This document shows positions 8,855 through 18,329 of a stretch of 64,000 bases of DNA, piece by piece. The notes below the pieces were generated by a model, which ran no database searches, was not told the DNA's origin, and saw only the letters and a program-made list of their open reading frames with translations. The stretch is from positions 874 to 64,873 of the IMG/VR virus record IMGVR_UViG_640753022_000005. The stretch is one strand, 5' to 3'. This stretch comes from a virus. The position numbers and the translations under genes were made by a program. Every line of letters starts with the position of its first letter. Within the stretch, counting starts at the first letter, position 1.

Positions 8855-9856
8855 TTAAACCAGAGTAACGGCGCTTTCATCGACAGCGGCATAAAGCTCA
8901 GGATTACCCAGCGCGTAGCCTTCATTACGCAGGCATGAACGCACGTATTCAGCATTTTCCTCATCAAACTCAACCCGGAAATAGCGGGTATTTGCCTGCG
9001 TGTAGATATGCAGATTACTCAGGGTGGTGACGGCCAGACGCCTGCCGGGCATAAAAGGCGGGATAAAGGCAAAGCGCCCGGCCACTGAACTGCCCGCCAG
9101 CTGGGCTGCACTGATATCTGCCGCACGGTCTGCGGCGTTAAACAGTTTCAGGCGCTGCTGTGCGGCAAGCTCCGCGCCCACCAGGACAACCAGACGCGGG
9201 TCTTCCCGGAATGGCTCAGCAATGAAATTGGTAATAAGATGGTTGGCGAGCAGGTCGATATTTTTCCATTCACCCGTCTCACCCAGCGTAAGAGGTTCAG
9301 CCATAATCTGCTTACCGTTTTCATATTGCTTCGCCAGCGCATGCCAGCCGATATTGACGTCCTCGCCTTTTTTACAGGTTTCGGGATCGGTGGTGTCAGC
9401 TATTGCCATTCCGTTGAACCCCGTACGCAGCATATCCAGCGCAAGCGCCTCAGCAAAAAAAGCATCCATTGCTTTATCAAAATCGCCCGCCGCGCCAATA
9501 TTATAAATATCCGCCATTTCGCCATAGCTGATACTGGCGCACGTATCCGTTTCCGACAGCCAGAATTCACTGCCATTAATGGTAACTTTTTTGCGAAAAC
9601 GTCCACCCGCCGTTCTGCCGGTATGAAGCTCACTGGCTCCGATATTAATGGCATTACCTGACTGCGCATTTACATCCCGCAGCGTGATGTTATTCATCAT
9701 CCAGCCTGATTCGAGAATGGCAGCACGCAGCATATTTTCGGCAGGTGGCGCTAAAGCAAAGCGACGGTTTTCACCCTCCCTGTAAGCGGTGTCTTTAGTC
9801 AGTTTTTTATGGTAGCGGGCAGCCGCATCCGGCTTCTGGAATTTAAAAGCAAACAT
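8855..9856 (-). CDS. P2-family (HP1/K139-like) major capsid protein
   Basis: LDMLRTGFNG, EDVNIGW, EDPRLVVLVG, PPFMPGRRLAVTTLSNLHIYTQ, LRNEGYA match gpN-family motifs. Confidence 0.85.
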   Translation of the reverse strand: MFAFKFQKPDAAARYHKKLTKDTAYREGENRRFALAPPAENMLRAAILESGWMMNNITLRDVNAQSGNAINIGASELHTGRTAGGRFRKKVTINGSEFWLSETDTCASISYGEMADIYNIGAAGDFDKAMDAFFAEALALDMLRTGFNGMAIADTTDPETCKKGEDVNIGWHALAKQYENGKQIMAEPLTLGETGEWKNIDLLANHLITNFIAEPFREDPRLVVLVGAELAAQQRLKLFNAADRAADISAAQLAGSSVAGRFAFIPPFMPGRRLAVTTLSNLHIYTQANTRYFRVEFDEENAEYVRSCLRNEGYALGNPELYAAVDESAVTLV

Positions 9857-9874
9857 AGCTATTTACCTGATTAA

Positions 9875-10744
9875 TTAACGGGAGAAGAGTTTATTTTTGA
9901 GTTCGTCTGCTTTGCTGTAAGCCGCCATATAATCTGCATAATCCTGGTCACTGATAATCGCGCGTAAAAGTGTGTTCTCCGCCCGGTAATATTTACGGTA
10001 AGCCTCAGTACGAATTTTCCCGCCGTTATTCAGCAAATACCTGTCAGTGGGGTAAGAGCAAAGCCGGATAATTGCTCGCGTCGCAGCAGTCAGGGCATTC
10101 AGGCCGTCTGTAAACCCGGTAACGGCACTTTGCATAACGGTATCAGTAAAGAGCTCTGCCAACCCGGACGGAATACGCAGCGTGCGCGGGAAGGTATTCA
10201 GCAGGCGGGTATCAATACCTTTCCCGATATACTGTGCCTCAGCTGACAGCAGACCGGGTAATGACCTTGCCAGCTCCAGCCGTGACTGTTGCCGGGTCTG
10301 ATATGTCAGGGCCGCCTGATAACGGCGCCCGGCATCCTCGCGTGCCATGCTGCACCCCCGGCGGGTTCGCGCTTCAGACACCGTGTTACTTTTTCCGCTT
10401 GCCTGATTCATGACTGCCAGCGCCTCTGCGGCTTCGCGCTGGCGGAAAGAAAATTCATCTTCTTCCCGGCGGCAAATCTTCACGCAGCGGGCAACAAGCG
10501 CATTTATTTCTTCGGCCACCGCTTCAGTATCAGGAACCGTCAGCCCGGTGAGGGAAAAAAGCGTCTCGCCTTCTTCCCGCAGTTTATTGAGCGTGTGGAT
10601 TTCAATAATACGTGCCACACAGGCTGCATCGCTGCCATTTTCGGCAAAAGGAATAACTTTATATGCCTGAAGCGTTGCGACATTATTGTTTTTTAGTGAC
10701 GGAATGGCGAGAGAATGCCCTCCCGTGATAATGGGATTATTCAT
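9875..10744 (-). CDS. Hypothetical alpha-helical/coiled-coil protein (289 aa)
   Basis: Long ORF with RBS between alpA and capsid gene; no recognised family. Confidence 0.7.
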   Translation of the reverse strand: MNNPIITGGHSLAIPSLKNNNVATLQAYKVIPFAENGSDAACVARIIEIHTLNKLREEGETLFSLTGLTVPDTEAVAEEINALVARCVKICRREEDEFSFRQREAAEALAVMNQASGKSNTVSEARTRRGCSMAREDAGRRYQAALTYQTRQQSRLELARSLPGLLSAEAQYIGKGIDTRLLNTFPRTLRIPSGLAELFTDTVMQSAVTGFTDGLNALTAATRAIIRLCSYPTDRYLLNNGGKIRTEAYRKYYRAENTLLRAIISDQDYADYMAAYSKADELKNKLFSR

Positions 10745-10798
10745 GTGGTACTCCTTAATTGTGTAAGACTAGAATATGTACTTATTAAAACACCAGAA

Positions 10799-11029
10799 CT
10801 ATTCCCCAGAAACCGAATGGCTATCACGCCAAGCGTAATAATCCGCCGCACGCCAGCGAGACATTCTCCCCAGCTTTATTGGTTTCGGAAATTTACCTAA
10901 TGATATAAGTTTGTAAATCCACTTATCTGTAAACAAACAGTCTGAAGTAATAAACTTCATATCAATAAGTGAATCCGCAGCAGGTCGAGTGTCAGTAAAG
11001 GCCATTTGTAATTCCTCTCTATTCATCAA
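10799..11029 (-). CDS. alpA: AlpA-family regulator / excisionase
   Basis: WIYKLISLGKFPKPIKLGRMSRW motif. Confidence 0.9.
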   Translation of the reverse strand: MMNREELQMAFTDTRPAADSLIDMKFITSDCLFTDKWIYKLISLGKFPKPIKLGRMSRWRAADYYAWRDSHSVSGE

Positions 11030-11111
11030 TCTGTGTCAACGGAGAGGATTACAACACCGCATTAAACAGTAAAAAAGGCAAGTAAGAAAAAAAACTTACT
11101 TGCCACTTTTG

Positions 11112-11906
11112 TTAATTTTTTGTAAAAACTGGTTTGTTAAATATTGACGCCACTAATTTAGTCATGACAGGATGTGATAGTGGAGGCTGTTTTTCGTCTG
11201 GCCAGAACTCTTCCGCACGGTTAAACAATAGATCGACTAATGCCGTTGCATTCTCTTTTCTGAATGCTGAGTCTTCTTTATATAAATATATAATCGCACT
11301 AAGCACTTCATTTCTTTTAACTGCATGTCTTTGTTTCTGTGCTGCGGATAATGCTTCGTATTTATCATCAGACTGCTCAGATTCGTTCAAGACAAGATGA
11401 ATCTTTTTTATATACTCACGCTCTATATAACCTTCATTATCATAGCCAATACCCTCGTCATTTTGCCAGTCAACCTGTATAAACCTAACCATTTCTGAAT
11501 ATATCTTTCCTGAAGGTGTATACAGTGAAGGGTACTCAGGGAAATCCCCTTCATAATAAATAAAATCATGCCTGACTTTAGAAGGCATTGAAAAGAAACC
11601 TTTTGTACTGGCTAAAATTAAACTCTTCTCTTTCTTCACCTCATTTATTTTAATTAAACTGAATTCAGAAATATAACTAAAGCCTTCATGATCTTTATCT
11701 AAAGAATCAATATGTTTAATAAAGGCATCGACGTCTCTTACTTTGTGTTTTGAAAAAGTACACTGTCCGGACATTCTCATGACGAATGGAATATCCTTTT
11801 GTGTAGCAATATAAAAAATATCTCGCTCATCACATCCTAATAAATTCGCTGCTTCACTGATACTATAATGAATACGGTGTAGCTTGAGGGTGCTATTTTT
11901 CGCCAT
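11112..11906 (-). CDS. Hypothetical protein with N-terminal HTH-like segment, coupled to integrase
   Basis: YSISEAANLLGCDERDIFYIA; starts 6 bp after the int stop; AT-rich. Confidence 0.7.
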   Translation of the reverse strand: MAKNSTLKLHRIHYSISEAANLLGCDERDIFYIATQKDIPFVMRMSGQCTFSKHKVRDVDAFIKHIDSLDKDHEGFSYISEFSLIKINEVKKEKSLILASTKGFFSMPSKVRHDFIYYEGDFPEYPSLYTPSGKIYSEMVRFIQVDWQNDEGIGYDNEGYIEREYIKKIHLVLNESEQSDDKYEALSAAQKQRHAVKRNEVLSAIIYLYKEDSAFRKENATALVDLLFNRAEEFWPDEKQPPLSHPVMTKLVASIFNKPVFTKN

Positions 11907-11912
11907 TCTAAA

Positions 11913-13094
11913 TTAAGCCACTAGTCCATTAATAAAATCGCCGTACCATTGCATCATTTCTCTACGTCCATCAAGATACTGAGCATGGTTATAAATGCCA
12001 CGAATTGAATTTTTATCAAGATGAGCCAGTTGAGTTTCAATCCATGCACTGTTAAATCCCTTTTCGTGCAAAATTGTGCTCATCGTATGTCTAAACCCAT
12101 GACCGGTAACCCGCCCCCCATAACCTATGCGCTTAAAAACCTGATTGATACTGGCTTCACTCATGAACTTACTGGGATCGTTACGTCCGGGGAACATCAA
12201 CGGATAATTTCCTGTCAATTCTTTCAACCTTTTAAGGTAAACTAAGGCTTGTTTTGACAGCGGAACAATATGAGCACGACGCATTTTCATGCGTTCTTTA
12301 GGGATTTCCCATATAGCATTATCGAAGTCCACTTCACGCCATTCAGCTGCGCGTAACTCTCCAGTTCTCAACCCTGTCAGAATAAGCAAATGTGCTCCCA
12401 ATAAAACTATAGGGCTTCCAGTGTAGGCGTTCAAAACCGTGAAAAATTCAGGCAGTTCGCTGGCTTTAAGGAAAGGATAATGAACGGCCTCATGCCCTTG
12501 CATGGCGCTAGCGAGATCAGGCGCAGGATTATAGACAGCCCGCCCCGTTACGATGGCATAACGGAATACTTCTCCGCATCGCTGGCGAACTTTCTTCGCT
12601 TTTTCCATTGCGCCTCTGGCTTCTATCAGTCTCAGGACTTCCAGTAGCTCCAAAGGCTGAATATCAGCTATAGGACGGTGGCCAATGTGCGGGAAAATAT
12701 CTTTATCAAATGCCTCAAGAATGTCTGAAGCATATCCCTCGGACCATTTGGGCGACTTCATCTTGTGCCACTCTAACGCTACATCCCTGAACGGGTTGAC
12801 TATCTCAGTGGCGGCGATTAAAGCCAGCTTCTTTGCTTTCTTTACTTCACTGGGATCATCACCCGTTGCGAGTAGTTTCTTTGCCTCTTCGCGTTTTTGC
12901 CTAGCATCAGCAAGAGAGACAGTGGGATAAACACCAAAGGACAGGCGTTTCTCTTTACCGCCAAAACGGTATTTCATACGCCAGTATCGCGAACCATTAG
13001 GCTCTACCTGAAGATACAGGCCACCTCCATCAGAGAGCTTATAGCTCTTCTCTTTTCCTTTAGCGGCTTCAACCTTACGGGCATTCAGCATCAT
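11913..13094 (-). CDS. int: P4-type tyrosine integrase
   Basis: MMLNARKVEAAK..YKLSDGGGLYL; LTGLRTGELR, HGFRHTMST, QLAH, YNHAQY; start trimmed to MML. Confidence 0.95.
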   Translation of the reverse strand: MMLNARKVEAAKGKEKSYKLSDGGGLYLQVEPNGSRYWRMKYRFGGKEKRLSFGVYPTVSLADARQKREEAKKLLATGDDPSEVKKAKKLALIAATEIVNPFRDVALEWHKMKSPKWSEGYASDILEAFDKDIFPHIGHRPIADIQPLELLEVLRLIEARGAMEKAKKVRQRCGEVFRYAIVTGRAVYNPAPDLASAMQGHEAVHYPFLKASELPEFFTVLNAYTGSPIVLLGAHLLILTGLRTGELRAAEWREVDFDNAIWEIPKERMKMRRAHIVPLSKQALVYLKRLKELTGNYPLMFPGRNDPSKFMSEASINQVFKRIGYGGRVTGHGFRHTMSTILHEKGFNSAWIETQLAHLDKNSIRGIYNHAQYLDGRREMMQWYGDFINGLVA

Positions 13095-13145
13095 TGGGGG
13101 CACATTTCCTAGACCGAACAGGACATGCCCCCGATTGTGCCCCCA
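13095..13145. promoter_or_regulatory. Integrase arm-type repeats (right end)
   Basis: TGGGGGCAC (13095, inverted), ATGCCCCCG (13125), GTGCCCCCA (13137). Confidence 0.6.
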
Positions 13146-13258
13146 AGTACATGTTGATTTCAAGAGACAGGGGTTGACGTCAGATGACCAGAAATAGCGG
13201 GATAAGTATATTTTTAAAGGAATTTATTGATGTGAGTTGACTTGGAAATACTAACAGG

Positions 13259-13304
13259 TGGTGCCGATAATAGGAGTCGAACCTACGACCTTCGCATTAC
13301 GAAT
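13259..13304 (-). other. Prophage att repeat (46-bp copy of tRNA-Thr 3' half); also proximal att of the satellite
   Basis: Identical to 62565-62610. Confidence 0.95.
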
Positions 13305-13494
13305 TATAAGAACCACCTTGTAACACAGTAACTTACCGCGTCATACCTGCGCTCACACGTCCCATGACGCCAAAACATGCAAAGCTCTGCAAACCGGTGC
13401 AAAGCCTTGCGTGTCTCACATCTGTCCCACTACCCGTCGATCGATGCCGTGTCCGATGATAGACTCTTCCCCTTCAAATCTAACGGACTTAGAT

Positions 13495-13857
13495 ATGCTC
13501 AAGCTCTTCACGAAGTACGCCTCCGTGGGCGTGCTCAACACGCTAATCCATTGGGTAGTATTCGCAGCATGCTTCTATGCATTAGGAACCAGCCAGGCGC
13601 TGGCGAACTTAAGCGGATTCGTTGTTGCGGTAAGCTTTAGCTTCTTTGCAAACGCTCGCTTTACGTTCAACAGTTCAACTACTACGACGCGCTACATGCT
13701 TTACGTTTGCTTCATGGGCTCGCTTAGCGCAGCTGTTGGATGGGCCGCTGATAAATGCTCTCTCCCGCCAGTTGTGACACTGGTCGTGTTCTCAGTTATA
13801 AGCCTTGTGTGCGGGTTTATCTATTCGAAATACATCGTCTTCAGGGAAGCAAAATGA
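13495..13857 (+). CDS. gtrA: GtrA bactoprenol-glucose translocase
   Basis: [20 protein letters not shown]...[11 protein letters not shown]. Confidence 0.95.
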   Translation: MLKLFTKYASVGVLNTLIHWVVFAACFYALGTSQALANLSGFVVAVSFSFFANARFTFNSSTTTTRYMLYVCFMGSLSAAVGWAADKCSLPPVVTLVVFSVISLVCGFIYSKYIVFREAK

Positions 13858-14783
13858 AGATTTCACTCGTAGTTCCGGTCTTTAATGAAGAAGACACAAT
13901 CCCTATTTTTTATAAAACCGTCAGAGAATATGAACCACTCAAATCGTTTGAGGTAGAAATAGTATTCATCAATGACGGCAGCAAAGACGCTACAGAGTCG
14001 ATTATCAATGCGCTGGCCGTTTCTGATCCGCTTGTTGTGCCCCTATCCTTCACCCGCAATTTCGGCAAAGAGCCGGCGCTTTTTGCAGGGCTGGACCATG
14101 CCACCGGCGACGCAGTGATTCCGATTGACGTCGATTTGCAGGACCCGATTGAAGTTATCCCGCAACTGATTGAACGCTGGCAGGCCGGGGCGGATGTCGT
14201 CTTGGCTAAACGTACAGACCGTTCTACAGATGGCCGCCTGAAGCGCAAAAGCGCTGAAATGTTCTATAAGCTGCATAACAAAATCAGTAACCCGAAGATC
14301 GAAGAGAACGTAGGTGATTTCAGACTCATGTCTCGGGATGTCGTGGAGAATATCAAGCTCCTGCCAGAGCGAAACCTGTTCATGAAAGGCGTTCTGTCAT
14401 GGGTTGGCGGCCGCACCGATATTGTGGAATACACCCGCGCTGAACGTATTGCAGGCAACACAAAATTCAATGGTTGGAAACTGTGGAACCTGGCGCTTGA
14501 GGGCATTACAAGCTTCTCCACCTTCCCACTTAGAATGTGGACATACATTGGCCTGGTGGTTGCTGGCTTTGCGTTTATGTATGGCGCATGGATGATTGTC
14601 GATACGCTGGCATTTGGAAACCCGGTAAGGGGTTACCCTTCTCTTCTGGTTTCGATTCTCTTCCTGGGAGGAATTCAGCTGATAGGGATTGGCGTTCTTG
14701 GTGAGTACATCGGAAGAATTTACATTGAGGTAAAAAACAGGCCTCGCTTTATAATTAAAAGAAAGGGGGAAAATAGCAAATGA
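13854..14783 (+). CDS. gtrB: GtrB bactoprenol glucosyltransferase
   Basis: [27 protein letters not shown], two C-terminal TMs; ATGA overlap with gtrA. Confidence 0.95.
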   Translation: MKISLVVPVFNEEDTIPIFYKTVREYEPLKSFEVEIVFINDGSKDATESIINALAVSDPLVVPLSFTRNFGKEPALFAGLDHATGDAVIPIDVDLQDPIEVIPQLIERWQAGADVVLAKRTDRSTDGRLKRKSAEMFYKLHNKISNPKIEENVGDFRLMSRDVVENIKLLPERNLFMKGVLSWVGGRTDIVEYTRAERIAGNTKFNGWKLWNLALEGITSFSTFPLRMWTYIGLVVAGFAFMYGAWMIVDTLAFGNPVRGYPSLLVSILFLGGIQLIGIGVLGEYIGRIYIEVKNRPRFIIKRKGENSK

Positions 14784-16258
14784 TGAATTTTTTGAGTGAA
14801 AAACTCAGCAAAAGGAACTCATTTTACATTTCTTTAATTATATCCACCCTTTTTGTTTATCCATTGATAAACGCGGGGGTGTATTACATTGATGACATAC
14901 CTCGCTCACAAACCGGATATGTGGGTTGGTTTCGACTTGGCAGACCACTTTCGGAATATATTTACACAATACTTTCACTTGGGCAGAACATAGCTATAGA
15001 TGTTTCTCCTTTGCCGCAAATGCTATCAATTTTAGTGATGGCCTGGTGCATTCAGGCACTTTCCAACGCTTTTTTCGCAGAAAGGACATTATCAACTATA
15101 GCAATATCTTCTCTGGCCTTCATTAGCCCGCTATTTTTACATAACATGGCGTACAAATATGATAGTCTGTCGATGGCACTATCTGTTGCGTCGTGCGTTA
15201 TTGCCTTTTCGATAGATTTAAGAAACAAACTCATTAATTATATTTTTAAGGGAGCATTGATATTTTCATCTCTCTGCCTTTATCAGGTGAGTGGAGTTAT
15301 ATATTTAATGCTTTGCATAGCAAAGTCAATAAAGAATATAGCCAACGGAGAGGCAGAGAACTTTAAAAGCATTTTTAAACCAGCAATTTTAACTCTTGCA
15401 TCGTATGCATCGTACATGGTCTGGCTTAAAGCCAACACCACAACCAGCAGATCCGGTACTGTTTTATCAGTTGAAAATGGAAAAGATATTTTCATTGGCA
15501 ACATAGAAAAGTTTGCCAACATGTATGGCAAAGCGTTTGATCCATTAACAACTAAGATTTTGTTTTTGGTGGCTACACTTTCAATTATATCTTATGCATA
15601 TAAAGCATTTTTAAATAAACAATCCCCTAAAAAATTAGCCGCCACTTTAGTTTCGTTATCGTTGTTACCCTTTCCTGCGATAATGATTATATTGGCTTCA
15701 TCAACAACTGTAATATTGTCAGAGTCATTGATAGTGCCTAGAATTGCTACGCCGTTTGGCGTTGTATTGATGTCAGTTCTGGCAGTTATATATTGCCAGT
15801 CCAAAAAGACGTCCGGGCTTATCGCTGGATATTTTCTGGCTGTAACGATTCTTGCATCATTTGCATTAGCCAATGCAATTAAGTCGCAATATGAGGTAGA
15901 CTTTGTAATAGTTTCTCAAATAAAGAAAGACATATCAGGAAGCCAAAAATTAAGCTCATCCAAAACAACGACTTTTGGTGTAATGAAGGAATCACCAGTA
16001 GTCGCTGTGAATTCACAGGTATTCCCTGTTATCAGGCTAATAAACAGCAAAATGTATGATGCATCTACCTCTACCATGCTGACCAGACTAGGAATCAGAA
16101 ACGTAAACTTTTCGTTTGAGAGGGCCAAATGGCAGGAAATAGCCAATGACGCATGCAGTGTCTCTTACCCAGATGTGTCTACTACGGATTATTCGATTTA
16201 CAATAAAGATGGTCAGAATTATGTATTTTTAGGTGGAAAACCAAAACTCTGTAAATAA
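14780..16258 (+). CDS. Serotype-specific membrane glucosyltransferase (GtrC-type, Glucos_trans_II-like)
   Basis: Polytopic, AT-rich, [15 protein letters not shown] motif, third gene of the gtr operon. Confidence 0.8.
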   Translation: MMNFLSEKLSKRNSFYISLIISTLFVYPLINAGVYYIDDIPRSQTGYVGWFRLGRPLSEYIYTILSLGQNIAIDVSPLPQMLSILVMAWCIQALSNAFFAERTLSTIAISSLAFISPLFLHNMAYKYDSLSMALSVASCVIAFSIDLRNKLINYIFKGALIFSSLCLYQVSGVIYLMLCIAKSIKNIANGEAENFKSIFKPAILTLASYASYMVWLKANTTTSRSGTVLSVENGKDIFIGNIEKFANMYGKAFDPLTTKILFLVATLSIISYAYKAFLNKQSPKKLAATLVSLSLLPFPAIMIILASSTTVILSESLIVPRIATPFGVVLMSVLAVIYCQSKKTSGLIAGYFLAVTILASFALANAIKSQYEVDFVIVSQIKKDISGSQKLSSSKTTTFGVMKESPVVAVNSQVFPVIRLINSKMYDASTSTMLTRLGIRNVNFSFERAKWQEIANDACSVSYPDVSTTDYSIYNKDGQNYVFLGGKPKLCK

Positions 16259-16261
16259 ACT

Positions 16262-16283
16262 GAGGGGCTTTCGCCCCTCTTTT
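16262..16283. terminator. Intrinsic terminator between gtr and tailspike
   Basis: GAGGGGC-TTTC-GCCCCTC-TTTT. Confidence 0.75.
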
Positions 16284-18273
16284 AGTTGTATAGAACAATC
16301 TCTACCGTAGCGGCAGTTACGGTCAACATGTTATATACAGCACCGGCTGCCGTGTATGTATTAACGGTTATTGATTTATTGCCATATGTTGCCACATTGC
16401 ACTGACCGCCGTTAGTCAGTCTTACCGTGCAGTTTTCTACGGCTTTCTGTGTAACATGGCTTGGGAACTGAATTGTAAAGCCGGTTGATAGCGGAGTTAC
16501 TGTTCCAGTAATTGTCTCAATGTCTGTTTTCGTAACAGATCCATTTGAAAAGTTTATTCGCGCTTTACGCGTAAAATCAACTGTTAAATCTGTAACTACG
16601 GCGAGCCGCAGAAACATTGGGGAGCGGGATGTAGTTATTCCTCTAACGGTAATGTTAGATACTGCACTGCCAGTGAATGCTATCAATGGAGCAGGGGTGC
16701 CACTACTACCACCACCAATATTATCGTGAATGTTAGCTATAGTGATGTTCTGGACGCTTTGCGTATCATGCCCAACAAGGATAGGCGTTGATTCACCTGG
16801 ACATGTGATCACAACATTGCTCAACATCCCGTTATTGCCCGATATATTGTAAGCGATAATATCTGTGCGCCCCACGGAGGAATCCTTAGGTACGCCATTG
16901 ATATTATGGTTAGTAATCAACCATCGGTTAGATTTGTAAGTTGGAGACTGGCCTTGACCGACTGCATAAACAGGAACTCCCGCGGCGTATTTAATGGTCT
17001 GGAAAACCATATTTGATGCGATATAGTCGGTGATGTTGTTATTTTCGTCATTGAAAATCATGCCACCGTTGCCGCCCTCCTGAATCGCGTTATTCAGGAT
17101 GAAACGTTGAGAAGCGCGGATTGCGAGCATCCACTGGTTGCGGTCATCACGCCCAATCCAGCGACCTATCATATTGTTGGCAATAACGTTTACGTTGCCG
17201 TTAGTATCGCCGCCGGAGCCAGTGGACATATACAGCAGGTGTCGGCCGTTCGGTGCAGCCTCTACCGTCTGCATCACGTTATTGATGATGGTTTCTTTGG
17301 CGTTGTCAGTAAGAACTGAATAACCAGCACGACCGCCGCCGACATCATCACCAGTATGGTAGACCTGCTTTTCGGTAATAACGTCATTAACAATCGCGTT
17401 CCTTGCCTGACTGACATAGACGCCACCTGCCAGTCCAGCGAAGGAGCGAACCCCACGCACAATCAGGTTTTTGGTGTAACGTGTTAATAACGCGAACGAG
17501 GAAATGGCCTCATTAGTATTATCTGTCGGAGAAGAAGTGCCGCCAGCCTGAATATCATTGATGGTTACATTGGTTGTAGGAGCTGCGTCAGTTCCAAGCA
17601 TCCCATACACCGCAGATTTACCAGAAGTGTCCGTGACCTTGCCGCCGCGCCCTTCCACGAACTGGTTATTTGTAAGACGATAAACCATGCGGGACTGCAT
17701 CTCAGGGAGATAGGTATTGGAGTTCGTTGATATATCTTTATCTATCTCAACATCGCGCCCGTTAGAGAAAACCCCGGCCACTCCAGTAGCATACCCATCA
17801 GGCCGTCGGTCAATGGCATTCAAGTCTGCAGCAATGGTTCCACGGTGATTGGTTCCAATCATCGCCGCCCCGGATATTGACGCCAACATGGACCTGAGGG
17901 CGGAGTCGCCAACGCTAATCCAGCCACCCACACCAGTTCCGCCTGTAGATTCAGGAGTAGATCCGGCCGGAACAACCTTCGGAAGAGAACCATCCCACCT
18001 GTAATACTCGTTGCTTGATGTGTCTTTCAGAATCTGGTTTGGTAGAGTAATCGTGGCCCCTGCCTGAAATGAATTAACTGGTATCCAGCCAAACGCAGCA
18101 ATAGCCTGGCGTGCCAGTTGGCTCAAGCCCTCTATTGTGTAATGTTCATTACCGAAACGGTCAACATATGTAGTGACAAGCGAAGTAACAAACTCGTCGA
18201 TTTTACCGGCGTTAAACTTCAGGTCGCGCGGAGATTCACTCGGTACTGGATTATTAGTAGGTTGCGTAGCCAT
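16282..18273 (-). CDS. Tailspike / receptor-binding protein with beta-helix depolymerase-like body
   Basis: N-terminal MATQPTNNPVPSESPRDLKFNAGKIDEFV anchor, YYRWDGSLPKVVPAGSTP tailspike N-domain, then N/G/I/V-rich repeats. Confidence 0.85.
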   Translation of the reverse strand: MATQPTNNPVPSESPRDLKFNAGKIDEFVTSLVTTYVDRFGNEHYTIEGLSQLARQAIAAFGWIPVNSFQAGATITLPNQILKDTSSNEYYRWDGSLPKVVPAGSTPESTGGTGVGGWISVGDSALRSMLASISGAAMIGTNHRGTIAADLNAIDRRPDGYATGVAGVFSNGRDVEIDKDISTNSNTYLPEMQSRMVYRLTNNQFVEGRGGKVTDTSGKSAVYGMLGTDAAPTTNVTINDIQAGGTSSPTDNTNEAISSFALLTRYTKNLIVRGVRSFAGLAGGVYVSQARNAIVNDVITEKQVYHTGDDVGGGRAGYSVLTDNAKETIINNVMQTVEAAPNGRHLLYMSTGSGGDTNGNVNVIANNMIGRWIGRDDRNQWMLAIRASQRFILNNAIQEGGNGGMIFNDENNNITDYIASNMVFQTIKYAAGVPVYAVGQGQSPTYKSNRWLITNHNINGVPKDSSVGRTDIIAYNISGNNGMLSNVVITCPGESTPILVGHDTQSVQNITIANIHDNIGGGSSGTPAPLIAFTGSAVSNITVRGITTSRSPMFLRLAVVTDLTVDFTRKARINFSNGSVTKTDIETITGTVTPLSTGFTIQFPSHVTQKAVENCTVRLTNGGQCNVATYGNKSITVNTYTAAGAVYNMLTVTAATVEIVLYN

Positions 18274-18284
18274 ATTTTTTCCAT

Positions 18285-18311
18285 AAAAAAACCCGGCGCT
18301 ATGGCCGGGTT
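18285..18311 (-). terminator. Intrinsic terminator before tailspike
   Basis: AACCCGGC-loop-GCCGGGTT followed by a T-run on the minus strand. Confidence 0.65.
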
Positions 18312-18329
18312 GGGATTGTCGGGAATGTC

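Larger units (their letters stand above)
1267..13276 (-). mobile_element. P4/PICI-like phage satellite (~12 kb) integrated at the tRNA-Thr 3' repeat
   Basis: att repeats at both ends; P4-type integrase, alpA, ash, primase-helicase, Ogr/Delta; matching arm-type repeats near both ends. Confidence 0.85.

Noticed and set aside
13259-13304. Second tRNA-Thr gene
   Set aside because: Only the 3' 46 nt; lacks the D-arm and 5' acceptor strand
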